Below, piece after piece: positions 1 to 11,800 of a stretch of 64,000 bases of DNA. Below the pieces are notes generated by a model. That model ran no database searches and was not told where the DNA came from. It saw only the letters and a program-made list of their open reading frames with translations. Within the stretch, counting starts at the first letter, position 1. Each line of letters opens with the position of its first letter. Source of the stretch: Diadema antillarum (taxonomy: Eukaryota); contig NW_027272284.1 in the NCBI RefSeq assembly GCF_040938485.1, positions 744,001 to 808,000 on the forward strand, in the 5' to 3' direction. The translations under genes and the position numbers were made by a program.

Positions 1-590
1 GAAATGGCGAAGGAGTAGCATTTGGTAGCAAAATGTACAATACAGGTCAAAAATCAAGGTCAGAGGTCAAAGAAGTCAAAGGTTAAAATTCTGTGTAGAA
101 GTTTTGAAGCCCTCACCTAGTGCCATCACTTAAAGCAAACGGAATTGAAATCGGGTTACAAATGGCGAAGGAGTAGCATTTTGTAGCAAAATGTACAATA
201 TAGGTAAAAAATCAAGGTCAAAGGTCACAACTGAAATTCTGTGTAGAAGTTTCAAAGCTCCCATGTAGTGCTATCATATAAAGCAAACAGAATCAAAATC
301 GGGTTAGAAATGGTGAAGGAGTAGCATTTTGAAGCAAAATGTACAATATAGGTCACAGGTCAAGGTCAAAGGTCACAACTGAAATTCTGTGTAGAAGTTT
401 CATAGCTCCCATGTAGTGCTATCATATAAAGCTAACAGAATCAAAATTGGCTCATAAATGACAGAGAAGTAGCAAATTGAACATTTTGATCACACACGGA
501 CGCACAGACAGACGGACGGACGGACAGACACACACACGTACGGAGCCCGTTTCATAGTCCCCTGCTCGAACTCGTTCGGCGGGGACAAAT
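1..590 (-). mobile_element. Helentron-associated / DINE-like non-autonomous element (5' end at about 590, truncated by window edge)
   Basis: Reverse complement begins TTTGTCCCCGCCGAACGAGTTCGAGCAGGGGAC, followed by (GTCC/GTCT)n microsatellite and about 150-bp internal tandem repeats containing GGTCAAAGGTCA. Confidence 0.6.
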
Positions 591-863
591 AGTGGAAGGT
601 CCATCTGGGGGCAGTGTTATTAAACAAACAGGAGGCTACCTAAGGTAAATTAAAGACCATGCAAATATAGTCATATTTATCTCTACTGCTGTGTGGCTTT
701 TTTTTTTTTTTCTTGGGGGAGGGGGGGTCTGTTACATTGTATGTCTTTTAATTCAGACTAAGATCAATGATACCTGTATCTCACTTCAGCATTCCTGCAT
801 TTGTCCCAGTAGATATTCTTTGGCATAAACCAAACACTGACAGGTTTTTATGGTGTTACTCAC

Positions 864-1098
864 TGCCTTTGAGGCCAGATATCTTGAAGATGACACTCGG
901 TTTCTCGTTAGAGATGAATCCCAGAAAGTGCCAGCTCATTCCCCCTGCCTCAGGCTGGCCGAAGTGAACAGCCCCGGCCATGCCATCCGGGAAAGGCATG
1001 GCTCCGGTCAGAAAAATGATCACATGATTGATGTTTGTCGGATTGTCAATGTTGAAGACGAAGTGGGTGGGATCCACCTCCTGGGCCTGACCTTGGAC
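864..1098 (-). CDS. HIKESHI: HIKESHI coding exon 2
   Basis: AG acceptor at 1100-1099 and GTGAGT donor at 863-858; 235 nt; overlaps ORF 856..1077(-). Confidence 0.93.
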
Positions 1099-2790
1099 CT
1101 AAAGCAAATGATGAGGGAAGGCACCCAAAAAAAAAAAAATAAATATTCAGGGGACTTGAATGAAAACTGTAAGCTCTCCAGCTGATTAAACTGAAGTTAG
1201 CCATCATTTAGCATACCTTGTACATATTCAGACTAAATAGAAAATGCCATAAAATCTAACAACAACAACAGACCACGTGCTTTTTTTTAATGTGAGAGAA
1301 ATACTTTTCTACCGTAACTGAATGTTACCTGGATGAATCAGAACTTACATGAATTAGACATCATCAGCAGAGAATGAGAAGGATGTTAAGGTTCCTTGAA
1401 GACTATGGCTTTAGTGGCAATTTAGCTCCCTTATCATTCTCAGCCAACAGCATATCTGGAAACACTACAACTTGTACTTATAATATTTTTACTAATGTCA
1501 TTGAAATTGTTTAATACAACACAAGACAACTCGCTACTCAATGACATTGAACCTTGAAGGTATAATCCCGATAGCAGCTTGTCCATGAAGCTAAACTGGG
1601 ACATTGTCTTTAAACAACTGACATCAACAATTTCAAACGTTTGTGGTAACATGACTTCATACAAGTGGGTGTAACATTCTATCAGAATAAGAAAGAAGTT
1701 TTATAAATGGATTTTAGTTTCATTTATATCCCACATTCACAAATGTGTATTGTTTGACCAATGGGATTACTTGAATTTGGAACACGTGCCCGAGAGATAT
1801 TTTTCTCCCAACATCCATTGCATGCCGTGGTATTATCACGTGTGATAGTCTTTTTCGTTAGCACTTTTTACATACCCGTGATTGTAATTGATAAAGGTAT
1901 CGCTTGGGTCTATTGGCGATGGACACATTACGTGCTAGCAAAGCGCCACGGCCACCGCCAATTATCGATACAATTAACGATACATCAGTATTGTTTGTTA
2001 TCGTCTCATTAGACTTAGATTGGAGGGGGAGGGGTTTCAGTCTCTGACAATAACCATAGTAACAGTCAGTGACCAGAGCATCAGAGCCAATCAAAACCAA
2101 GGATTTTGCTAAAATTGTCAGAGACTGACAACTTGTCAGCGCAGACTAAATTGATGAAACACTCCCCAGGTCTAACGTTACTCTCATCTCATTCATTTGA
2201 CTGCTGCAGACTGTGGTTGTAATGCCTGTGTTGTAATATTCAGCACGATCACTGACGATTACACGTATACATTTAAAATCTGTGTGGTTGATGGATAATG
2301 TGGGATATAAAGCACAAAAAAAAAATCATCTAGGAGTAGTACTAGTAGAATCTATTTCTCGGGCAATGATATTTTCAATCTCATACTATCTAATGTTTGT
2401 TATATAGACGATTAGTATCGCCTAGCCTCGCGACTAGCTCGGTGATCCTTGAGGTGTTTATCAGCCAGCCCTCGCCTTCACCTTTGGCTCGGCCTGATAG
2501 ACACCTCGCGGGTCACCTCGGCGATGTTATTGTTAGATTGTACCATAGCATCGCCTCGCAGTTGATGACTAAAATATTTGCTTATTCTCGTCCGCGTTCC
2601 CGTGATTTTGTTTTCAACGCGACAAGTGAGTTAATATTGTCCCATATACTGCAATTCATGTAAGTACACATTACGACATTCGCTAAATATGCACCTTCAT
2701 TTCATTTGAACGACGAAATTACACACTCTCAACTGATCAAATTGCTAGAATTATACGTACAAGTCGTCCTGCAACCAAACATGCAAACAT
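864..2790 (-). CDS. HIKESHI: Hikeshi (HSP70 nuclear import carrier, OPI10/C11orf73 family), 5' part of gene: coding exon 1 (2790-2761) and exon 2 (1098-864); remaining exons lie beyond the left edge
   Basis: Exon 1 reads MFACLVAGRL followed by a GT donor (gtacgt). Exon 2 after a tttag acceptor reads VQGQAQEVDPTHFVFNIDNPTNINHVIIFLTGAMPFPDGMAGAVHFGQPEAGGMSWHFLGFISNEKPSVIFKISGLKG, then a gtgagt donor. This matches the human Hikeshi N-terminus as I recall it ([56 protein letters not shown]...KPSAIFKISGLK). Confidence 0.95.
2761..2790 (-). CDS. HIKESHI: HIKESHI coding exon 1 (MFACLVAGRL)
   Basis: Reverse complement is ATGTTTGCATGTTTGGTTGCAGGACGACTT|gtacgt; 30 nt, phase 0. Confidence 0.93.
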
Positions 2791-3294
2791 TGTCCCACGC
2801 AATTGTCGATATTGTGAGAAACTCTGTTGAATTCACCAACATCCGCCAGCTACATTCGCACGCAACAACTTACTGTTGAGTTATTGTATGCGTTTCCGTT
2901 TGTGGTTGCTGGTGGTTGGTACGTGCACGTGTCCGTGTACGCGCGGTGTACACCTTGCATGCATCCTACCAAAAACAACCACACCCCGCCCCGCATCACA
3001 ATAAAGAGCGCTCGAACAAGGGGCGAGACCGGTGGGCGTGTCCCTGTTCATGCACCGCTTCTAAGACGCACACGCAATGTACATACTCTTTAATCTCAAC
3101 TGATGCGAATAATGCGTCACCTACACAACTCATGGAAATGGTATGATGTAAGTCTTATTATCGAAGATGCCATTTCTCTTTCTTTTTTTTTTCTTTTTAT
3201 TATGATCATCGAGTGGGGATGAAATGGAAGCTCATAATTCCTTCTCTGGCACCATATACAACCTCAAGGGTGTTGCTGCTGCCCCCCCCCCCCC

Positions 3295-3900
3295 CCCCCG
3301 ACTCAGGTGGTCATCCGTACCGCATACGCGTCCCCGATTTTTCGGGAGTCGGGAAAGGGGTATATTTACCGGATCTCAGCTCCGGGGAAAAATCCCCGAA
3401 AATTCCTTCAAGTATAATAGGGGGTCTTTTATCATTTACCCCCGAAATATTTCTAATTAGGGGTAGTTTACTAATCTTTCCCAACATCTTTCAGACTTGT
3501 CCATCTGTAGAAATCCCAGCCTGAGTGAAGGAAAAGTGATGCAGGAACTACATCTTCTCTGGTATATTCAGCTTGAGAACGTCCCTAAATATATTCCTGT
3601 CCACGCAGGTGCTGAAATTGTTGAAATTCACTCTTTACCTCAGCATTCTTTAGAGGGTAATTTTGTTAGTTTCCCTCCAAAAGCGTGTGATAGGGGAACA
3701 ATTTTGCTGGCCTCCTTTCCAAAACCCTGAAATAGGGGGGGGGGGGGTAATTTTGATGGCTCCTCTTCCAAAGGCCTGTACAATCAAAATCCTAACCCAT
3801 ACATCTCCCTCCGTAAAGGGAGTATTTCTAGGAATCTGGAAGGAGCATGTGTATATGTGTATTGTTGACCATCTGAGTGCACCCCCCCCCCGGGGGGAGG
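3295..3900. mobile_element. Degenerate non-autonomous TIR element
   Basis: ACTCAGGTGGTC (about 3301) versus GACCATCTGAGT (about 3867), both abutting G/C homopolymer runs. Confidence 0.4.
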
Positions 3901-5154
3901 GGGGGGGGGCGGGCTGCTACCGTTGTCTGCAAATTGAAAACCAGTCTCTGTCCAACTTACCTATAAACAGCTCGCTCCATCCTAGCTTATACACTGACAC
4001 GAGAGACTCCCTCCATCCAGTCTCCCGATGCCGAGTTATACACTTATATACTGCAATATCATATTATGGGTTTAATATCTGTTGTCGGGTCAGTCTTGTT
4101 GACTCAATTTTTCGTGTTTAGGCTATCAAACAAAGAGCTACCCCTCCTTAATAAACTAACAACAAGCAAAAACAATCGACATAAAGAGACAAGTAAACCC
4201 ATGCCAGTTTCCTGTGGTTCAGCCCCGAGATACTTCCCATCGAATGATCTTTGTTGTTGTTCCTTTTGCCACTTTGGAGACCTAATAGAGAGTGGATTAC
4301 AGTATTACATACTTCCTCTTTCTCTGTGTAACATTTTACCATAGTTTTACACGAAAATAAAGGTACATGATTATTGAGAATGATTTTGGAGAATGTGGAT
4401 GTAGGGAGAGGGAAATGGCGAGCAGAGTCACAAAATTTGTTTCGAGGTTTATCCAATGTCAGCTGCTGAAGATGTCTACATGTAACTGTCGAGCTCATAC
4501 TAGTTTTACATCACATATCATATCAAGGGGTTGTTCATCAGCTAAGAAGTGAAACATTTCCTGTCTGCACTTCATTGTAATCTTTCTTCTCCGATTATCC
4601 TCATCATGCCACGATGGCCCCGTCAGTCGCCCTCTGACACTTAACATCAGATCAACTTGCTAGGCCTACATATAGTGCATAAACACTTCTAGTTACAACC
4701 ATCCTTTGTCTGCAATTCCAAATCTGTCGTTTAGAGAAAAAGCAGACGAATACCATGTACTTAAGAGGTCTCGTCAAAATCCAGGAATTAGGTATGATAC
4801 AGCTCTTGAGTTAAGTTCCAAGCATTTTAACAAAACAATGATATTTATATATAGTTGCTGAAATGCAACTTAAGTAAACGAGGTGGTGATGACAGGATCT
4901 CGTCAATCCATTAACCTGCTCTGCACACAAACATTTTTACATTAATTCACTACAACATAATAAAAAAAAAAGGTAGGCCCTATATCTTCAGAAATATCAA
5001 GGCCAGAGAACAGTTACAGAAACGAAATTTTTTACTGTGCAACAGCGCCATCCGAACGATCGAAGTGAGAGCCAACGGGGTGGGATGGATGGTGGAGACT
5101 AGCGTGTAACATGTCTCCTTCATATAGAATCTCATAAAGAGGTGTTGAACACAC

Positions 5155-5390
5155 CAAAAAAAAAAAAAAAAAAAAAAAAACAACAACAACAACAACAACA
5201 ACAATAAAACAAACAAAAAAACCCCCACAATCAAACAAGTAAACAAAAAACTTTGAAAAAAGAAAAAAAAACACTCCCCCCCCCCAAAAAAAAAAACCCA
5301 CCACAGTGCAATGTCAAAAATATGAGGACTTTTGGGTTTTTTTTTTCTTTTTGTGTGTGTGTGTGTGTTTCTCTGCAGGCATTATGTGTG
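5155..5390. repeat. Poly-A / (ACA)n / (GT)n low-complexity cluster
   Basis: Directly visible. Confidence 0.85.
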
Positions 5391-5432
5391 TTTTCTTTGT
5401 ATTTGTGTGCATTTCTAATTTCAAATGCAGAT

Positions 5433-5598
5433 CAGGGGCGGATCCAGGAATTCTGTAAAGGGGGGGGGCGTGACTAATATTTCTGGTGCCACTTCTGGGT
5501 TTCATTTCATTTTTTTCTTTTTATTTCTTTCGTTTTTAACGAAAAATAAAGGGGGGGGGGGCGTGCGCCGGTTGCGCCCCCCTCTGGATCCGCCACTG
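5433..5598. mobile_element. hAT-type MITE with apparent 5-bp TSD (CAGAT)
   Basis: TIR CAGGGGCGGATCCAG / CTGGATCCGCCACTG; CAGAT at 5428-5432 and 5599-5603. Confidence 0.75.
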
Positions 5599-5949
5599 CA
5601 GATTGAAAAAATTTCACTGCTCATACATCCATGAGGCCACGGACTGACTTCTGAACCATTCATATTTAGCTACCGGATCTCCATCTCCATCTTATACTAT
5701 CTTGGTTTCAGTAGTCCCATTTATTTAGCTAAGTACAAGTGACGCTAAAAACATCGCTACCATTCATCTTGCTAATGAAAACGAAACCGTCCTTTGCTAT
5801 AATTAGTACATGCACTAGTAGCTTTCTTAATTTGTCTTCATTTGTAAACCAACATCCCCCCCCCCCCCCCCACACACACACACACACTTTGAATGCTGTT
5901 TGATCGAGGGCAACGACCTTTCCCCTTATCCCGCCCGCGTGTTTTTTTT

Positions 5950-6165
5950 AGACGGCACAGATTGGGGAAACTACAAATTTATCGGGGACCCTATGCCTAA
6001 ACCTAACCCTAATCCTAATCCTAACCCTAACCATCAAACCCTAACCCTAACCCTAACCCTAACCCCAACCCTAAACCTAACCCTAACCCTAACCATAACC
6101 AAAAACCCTAACCCAACGTTTTTCCCATAGGTTTAACACGCGCCATGCCCCAATCTGTGCCGTCT
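5950..6165. mobile_element. MITE carrying an internal telomeric (CCCTAA)n array
   Basis: Perfect 18-bp IR AGACGGCACAGATTGGGG (5950-67) / CCCCAATCTGTGCCGTCT (6148-65) enclosing about 20 degenerate CCCTAA units (about 5990-6115). Confidence 0.75.
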
Positions 6166-6399
6166 TTTAAAAAAACCGCCCGGATCTACAGTACCTTCTC
6201 GCCGCACCAAATCCAAGGAGACCTTCTCTCTTCGGGTAATAGCTCTAGCATAGCACGCAAAGCATTCACGATGCAGACTGTCTACCACCGATTTGTAGCC
6301 AACTAGCTCGCGCTACTGCTGCTGCACCCCTATGGTGATACTAGCATCTTGCAACCTGCATGCAGCAGCTACCCGGATGCGATGGATACACGAGGTTAC

Positions 6400-6591
6400 T
6401 GTATCTCAAGAGCTAGTATTGTTGTGATCACGTACATGTACTGCTATGCTGTGTGTTGACCTATCTGTTATTGTACAAGAAGTGCTCGCCAGACAGACAC
6501 AAATGAAATACTGACTTTACCCTGTGGATCACTGCGACGAAGAAGACGTTATCGTTTCCGCAGCATCTGAACGTGTGTTATGATTGTGAAG
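6400..6591 (+). promoter_or_regulatory. Putative promoter / non-coding first exon of the SMCR8 gene (5' boundary uncertain)
   Basis: Locally CpG-enriched stretch ending in a good donor GAAG|GTATGT at 6591/6592. The first coding exon has an upstream acceptor (cttccctctgcag|, 8613), so an upstream UTR exon is required. Confidence 0.45.
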
Positions 6592-7262
6592 GTATGTGTA
6601 CTGTTCAGTATTTCGCAAAGTGTGAGAGGACTACGGCAGAAAGCTACATTACATTGTGGGCGTTTTTCCTGTCCTCCCCTTTGTTTTTCCTTGCTACATT
6701 TCTTGCTATCGGGCAGCTGGTATGTTCGTCCGCTAGCCTAACGGCCTGCCTTCGGGCGTGCAACTGCAACTGCTCGCTCCCACCCGTTTGGCGCAATATG
6801 GCGTGTGTGACCAATTAAAAGATGGTGGCAGAAACATTCACATGGGATTCGAAATGATTTTGCCAGACCTTTCCTGTCTGCCTGCGATGGTTTTATTTCT
6901 CCTGCATGATTCTCACAAGTAGCAAACTTACACCCATCACCGCAATTTTTATTTTGCCTTGATTGGTTTTCGCCATTTGCTGCTCATTCATGTGTAAATA
7001 GCAGTCAGTCCTTACTCATTAGATGACTCACTCCATTACTGGAAACCCGTCTCTTTTTAGTGGACAAAGAGGTAAAATTAAGGGGAGTAGAAATGGCAAG
7101 AAGTGAATCCTGACCTCACATAACAAGAGTCATATTTTTCTGAATGATTCAGTTAATAGACATGCAATCCTATTCATGGAGCTGGAGCAAGTGGCATCCA
7201 GATTCCAATTCAAGAAATGTTTCAGTAGAAACTCAATAGGATAAATTACTGGAATACCGGTA

Positions 7263-7481
7263 CTGTAAAGTGGAAATTTTTTGCAGTGTTGAAATTTTTT
7301 GCGCATTTTGTGCAACCAGAAACTAGCGCAAAAATAAATGCACGCAAATATTTTTGCATGCCATATGTTCCAGTAACGTTACATGTCTTGATTCCGCGGA
7401 ATTAACAACACTCGAAACTCTTCTTACCGGTACTGGGCCGAGCGCGAAAAATTAGTTGCGCGAAAATATCCACTTTTACAG
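7263..7481. mobile_element. TA-type MITE (CTGTA...TACAG ends)
   Basis: TA|CTGTAAAGTGGAAATTTT ... AATATCCACTTTTACAG. Confidence 0.7.
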
Positions 7482-8344
7482 TGTCAGTAATTCAATTGGG
7501 CTGCCAATTAATTTAATGCAAGATAGTGAAGCTAGTGTAGTGTAGAACTATAAACAATAATAACTTGAATATTTCAGGAAAATAATTAATAGGATTCTAG
7601 AAACTCTTATAAACGTTAAAGCATTTGCCTTTCAGCCCTCGGTGTTGATGACTTGATTGATATACACTACAGACTAGTACAGTCATAGACCTAGCTTTTG
7701 TGCGTGTAGTAGAATAGTCTAGGTTACATGATATTCTTTGGCAATGTGTTATAACTGTTAAAACGGGATCTACACCGCTTTTGTAATACTTGAGCATGCT
7801 GGCTTCCCTGAGTGATAGTGATGAGCGAAATGAAGTACACTTGTACAATTCAGGCAGAGGTAATTTTCCAGTGTGGTATATATCACAGCTGGAGGAGCCA
7901 TAGTCCACCCAAACCACAGGAAATTAAAAGGTCAGTGATTAGGTGTACGGATGATTTGTTTTCATTTTTTTTTGATTTAGCCTTTGTTAAAGTCCTGTTT
8001 TTATATAAAACAGGAATTCACTGGACTCTCTCGCAAGATTGGCATTTGATCATTGAAATAGAAAGTGCAAAATATGAACCAAATATCCCAAGGTTGAAGT
8101 GATGACAGATTTAAATCTCTGAAATTTCCTTGTTTTCTTTTTGAATGGTGGAGATTTTTTCTTGTTGCCCAGTGCCAGCGATAAGGAAGTAAATTTCCAG
8201 GATGTACACTGTATGTTGCAGAAAAATTTTGTTATTCCTTTGAATGGAGGATCACCTCTTTTATCACAGCAAGTAATCATACATTTTGTAGGTCAATATC
8301 TGTGGGATGCCCATAGATATTTGCAACATACTATACTAGAAATA

Positions 8345-8490
8345 TTACTGCTACCACCACTATTGTTGTTGTTGTTGTTGTTGTTGTTATTATCATTATT
8401 ATTATTATCAGTAGTAGTATTACTACTGCTACTACTACTACTACTATTACTACTACTGACATTACTACTAACTACTATTACTTCTACAGT
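8345..8490. repeat. Compound trinucleotide microsatellite (GTT)n(ATT)n(ACT)n
   Basis: Directly visible about 120 bp upstream of the 8613 acceptor. Confidence 0.9.
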
Positions 8491-8658
8491 ATGATTACTT
8501 TTTCTGCAAGAAAGCAATTTTTCTAGAATGGAAAAGATTATTCTGCCCACTGTCATTTCTATGGTGAATAGGATGACGACCCTTTTGTATGTCTTGTCCC
8601 CTTCCCTCTGCAGAGCCCATGACCCAAGGTGTTGAGTTCAGTGTCTAGTCGTTACGCC

Positions 8659-8883
8659 ATGCTGGGGGGAGTGCCCCAGGTGGCCTTCTACGGCCACGCT
8701 CCCGAGATGAACTACTTTGACGCAGCGAAGGATGAGGCGGCCTTTGTCCGGTCCCGGCCCCCCTTGCCCATTGACCTGGCCCAGAGCTACCGGCCCCCTA
8801 ACCCCTGGCCGGTCAGTCCCACCTGTGGCAAGGACTTCATCCTGGTCTGTGAGTTCTCGGAATTGGAGGGGCCAAAACCACTG
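8659..8883 (+). CDS. SMCR8: SMCR8 coding exon 1 (exon starts 8614, ATG 8659)
   Basis: [75 protein letters not shown]|gttagt; 225 nt, phase 0. Confidence 0.9.
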
Positions 8884-11800
8884 GTTAGTTGAGTTTGCTT
8901 GTATACATTCAATGTGTAACCTAGTTGTCCTCAATCTGTTGTGCCTTGTAGCCCTTCCAGTCCCTAGGGAATGTTGCTGCAGGAGTTCATCTTGCCTGCA
9001 TCATTTGGCAAATCTGAATACATGCATCTCTTGATAGGAGAAAGTTTTGATGGAATTGACTATAAAGTCATTTTTACAGTTTGTACTTATCTGCACAAAA
9101 TCTCAATAAATGAACAAGTTTGCCAATTTTAGACAGAAACAATTACTTTGATATTCTAAGATCAGTAAGATGTATTGTCAATTTTAGTACCAATTACATG
9201 TATTCTGCATGTGAAATATGGGTTGTGTAAAGTCGCTTTTTGACCAAAACAGATCTCGGATAAAGTATTTTCTCACTCATAAGACATTCTAGCAATGAAT
9301 AATAGGTAATATGAAAAAAATCAACATCGTTCAGTGGTTCCTTGAACTTCAATGGGTTAACACAGATTCCTGGGGCAGCAAATGTCACAAGGGTGTCGAG
9401 AGTTTTAAAATGTAGGTGTGGAGAGAGATTGGGAAGATAAGCTGGGCAGAGCAATGAATGAGGAGAGTTTAAGAAGAGAATAATCAAGATACTCTAGGAG
9501 TGGCAAACTAACAGAGCTATGTAGGTAAGTACAGTAGGGCATGTATAAGATCAGCTCATTGATTAAAGGTTCTATGTAATTCTACCGTGAGGCAAATTTC
9601 AGGTTATGAATAAAATCATGTACTAATTTGTTTCATTCTTCTTTGTTTTTGCTGGTATATAATAATACATCTGTGTGAGTCCATGATAAATCCTGATGTC
9701 AAGCAAGATTTTTGACTTTCTCTTGAACCCAGGCCGTACCTATGAAAAAAAAGAAAAAAAGACAAGTAGTAATCACATCATGATACTGTAAAACCAAAAA
9801 TTTTGGCATGCATAAAATTGTTCTAAATTTCATGAGGAGCCAAGATTCAAGAAAAGTGCATGCAAACTTATACACGATGGATTTAATGCCAGTTGCCAAT
9901 TTGCTAAAGTTTCATGCTGCAAATGTTTATGATCTTACAGTTGCCTCATGGGCAAAACAGGCAGATCAGTGTGTCCTTTATTTACCCCCTTTTGCTAAAT
10001 GTAAGAGTGTTTGAAACATTCACTACCATGTGAATGCTAAGCACACAATGCTCACACTCACCTTGGGCAAATACCCATGATGATGTCCTGTGGATTCTGT
10101 AAATCTTTGAAAATTGGGGGGGGGGGGGGGGCACTGACAATTCAGATCTATTCAAATCTAGATTTCATTTGCTAGTGATATAGAACTGGAAGAAGAAGAT
10201 TTCAGGATACACTGTATGAGACATGCAATTACCCTGTATTTAGTCAGTCTAATTTTTTTTTTTGCAAATCAGAATTTCCCAACAACTTTAACAAGTGGTT
10301 AAATTTGCAGTTGCAGAATTCAGTAATGAATGGATAGATGTATTCATGCATGTTGCATTCATCTTGAGATGAGAGGTAATCATTTCACATGTTGTTTAAA
10401 GGTGCAAATAGTACCTGGCTTGTGAAATTTGTGAAAATAAAAAGCCTTGCAAAATTACATGTAGTAGTTGAGCACTTGAGACAAAACGGGAGGGGGAGGT
10501 GTATTTTACATGTTGCATGGTGTAAAATATGGCAGGAACAGTATACGAATAATTTATGAGTTGTGAGTGCATAGGGCACGAATATCGCACGAGGCGCGAG
10601 ATATGTAAGCCACTGGTCTATTCAACAAGGCGCGTAGCGCCGCGTTGAATAGACCAGTGGCGAATCTCGCGCCGAGTGCGGTATTACGTGCCCCAATGCA
10701 CGAACAAAATCATAAATTATTCGTTTTATACAACACCTTGTCCACAATCACAGTACTAAATTAGTGACCGCTTACTCAGGAAGGCCCAAAAATAAATGTA
10801 ACATCAGGCAGAGAATTGTAAACCACCCTAGGCCCTGTGTACTGCTTTCAAACACTCGTCATGATTCGACCACGACACAGGAATCACAAACTCCGCAGGG
10901 TCTACTAGTATACCTCATTTATTACGCTTACGTTAGATCGAGTTAGGCCTGACTGTTAGGCCGATCTGAGATGTCGGTAGATCTAGTAGTAGGTCTAGAC
11001 TTTGTCTATTTCCGAAAATGATTTTGTATAAAAACACAGAAAAATAATCAAATTACGGTTTCTCAACTTGAAATGAAGTCTTGATTTTGGGATCACTGTG
11101 GTCCACGTAGCAGATCAGAGTCAAAAGTAAAAACACAGCAGGAGGTGTAAAGGTCGCGATACATGCAACTAGCTAGGTAAAGTAGCTGCGCGTTGCAGTA
11201 CTCCGCCGCGCCTGGTATGGGAGACTTACCGGCAGCGCAGCGCAGCCGGCCAGCACGTACAATGTACACTGTAGTTTGCTGGCGCTTTGCTACGGGTGGG
11301 TGTGAGCCACAGAACTCTGTGAGCGGCCATGCATTAGTAGCCCCCCGCGAAGCCGTGCTATAGTACCTTCGAGCCATGCAATAGGCCCATGCCAGGGGCC
11401 TATTGTATGGCTGTCACTCTCAATGAGTTTGATAGGTATTTTCTATTGAATGTCATGTGACATGCTCTTGGCCAATCACAATTCGACATCATTCTGAGGT
11501 GTTGTATAATATGTTATATACCGTCGTAAACAGCAACAGCTCAGTCACATAACATGCACTGACAGAGTTTGAGCTGTAATAGTGAAATGGTGCTTCCATC
11601 AACCTCTGTACACAGATGTTCGTCCTGACTTAATGGGTCATTGCCCATACCATGTGACTGCCTCATAATGGTAAACTCACTTATTGCAGGTTGTGAGCCT
11701 GCTTGTAATGTGATCTATTTCCTGGGACAAAAGATTAAAGCACTCAGTCACATTTGAGTGGTCTTCAATGTTATATTACGGTACATGAAGATTATAGATC

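Noticed and set aside
5900-6130. True telomere or chromosome-end fusion scar
   Set aside because: The array is short, degenerate, single-orientation and enclosed by MITE inverted repeats.
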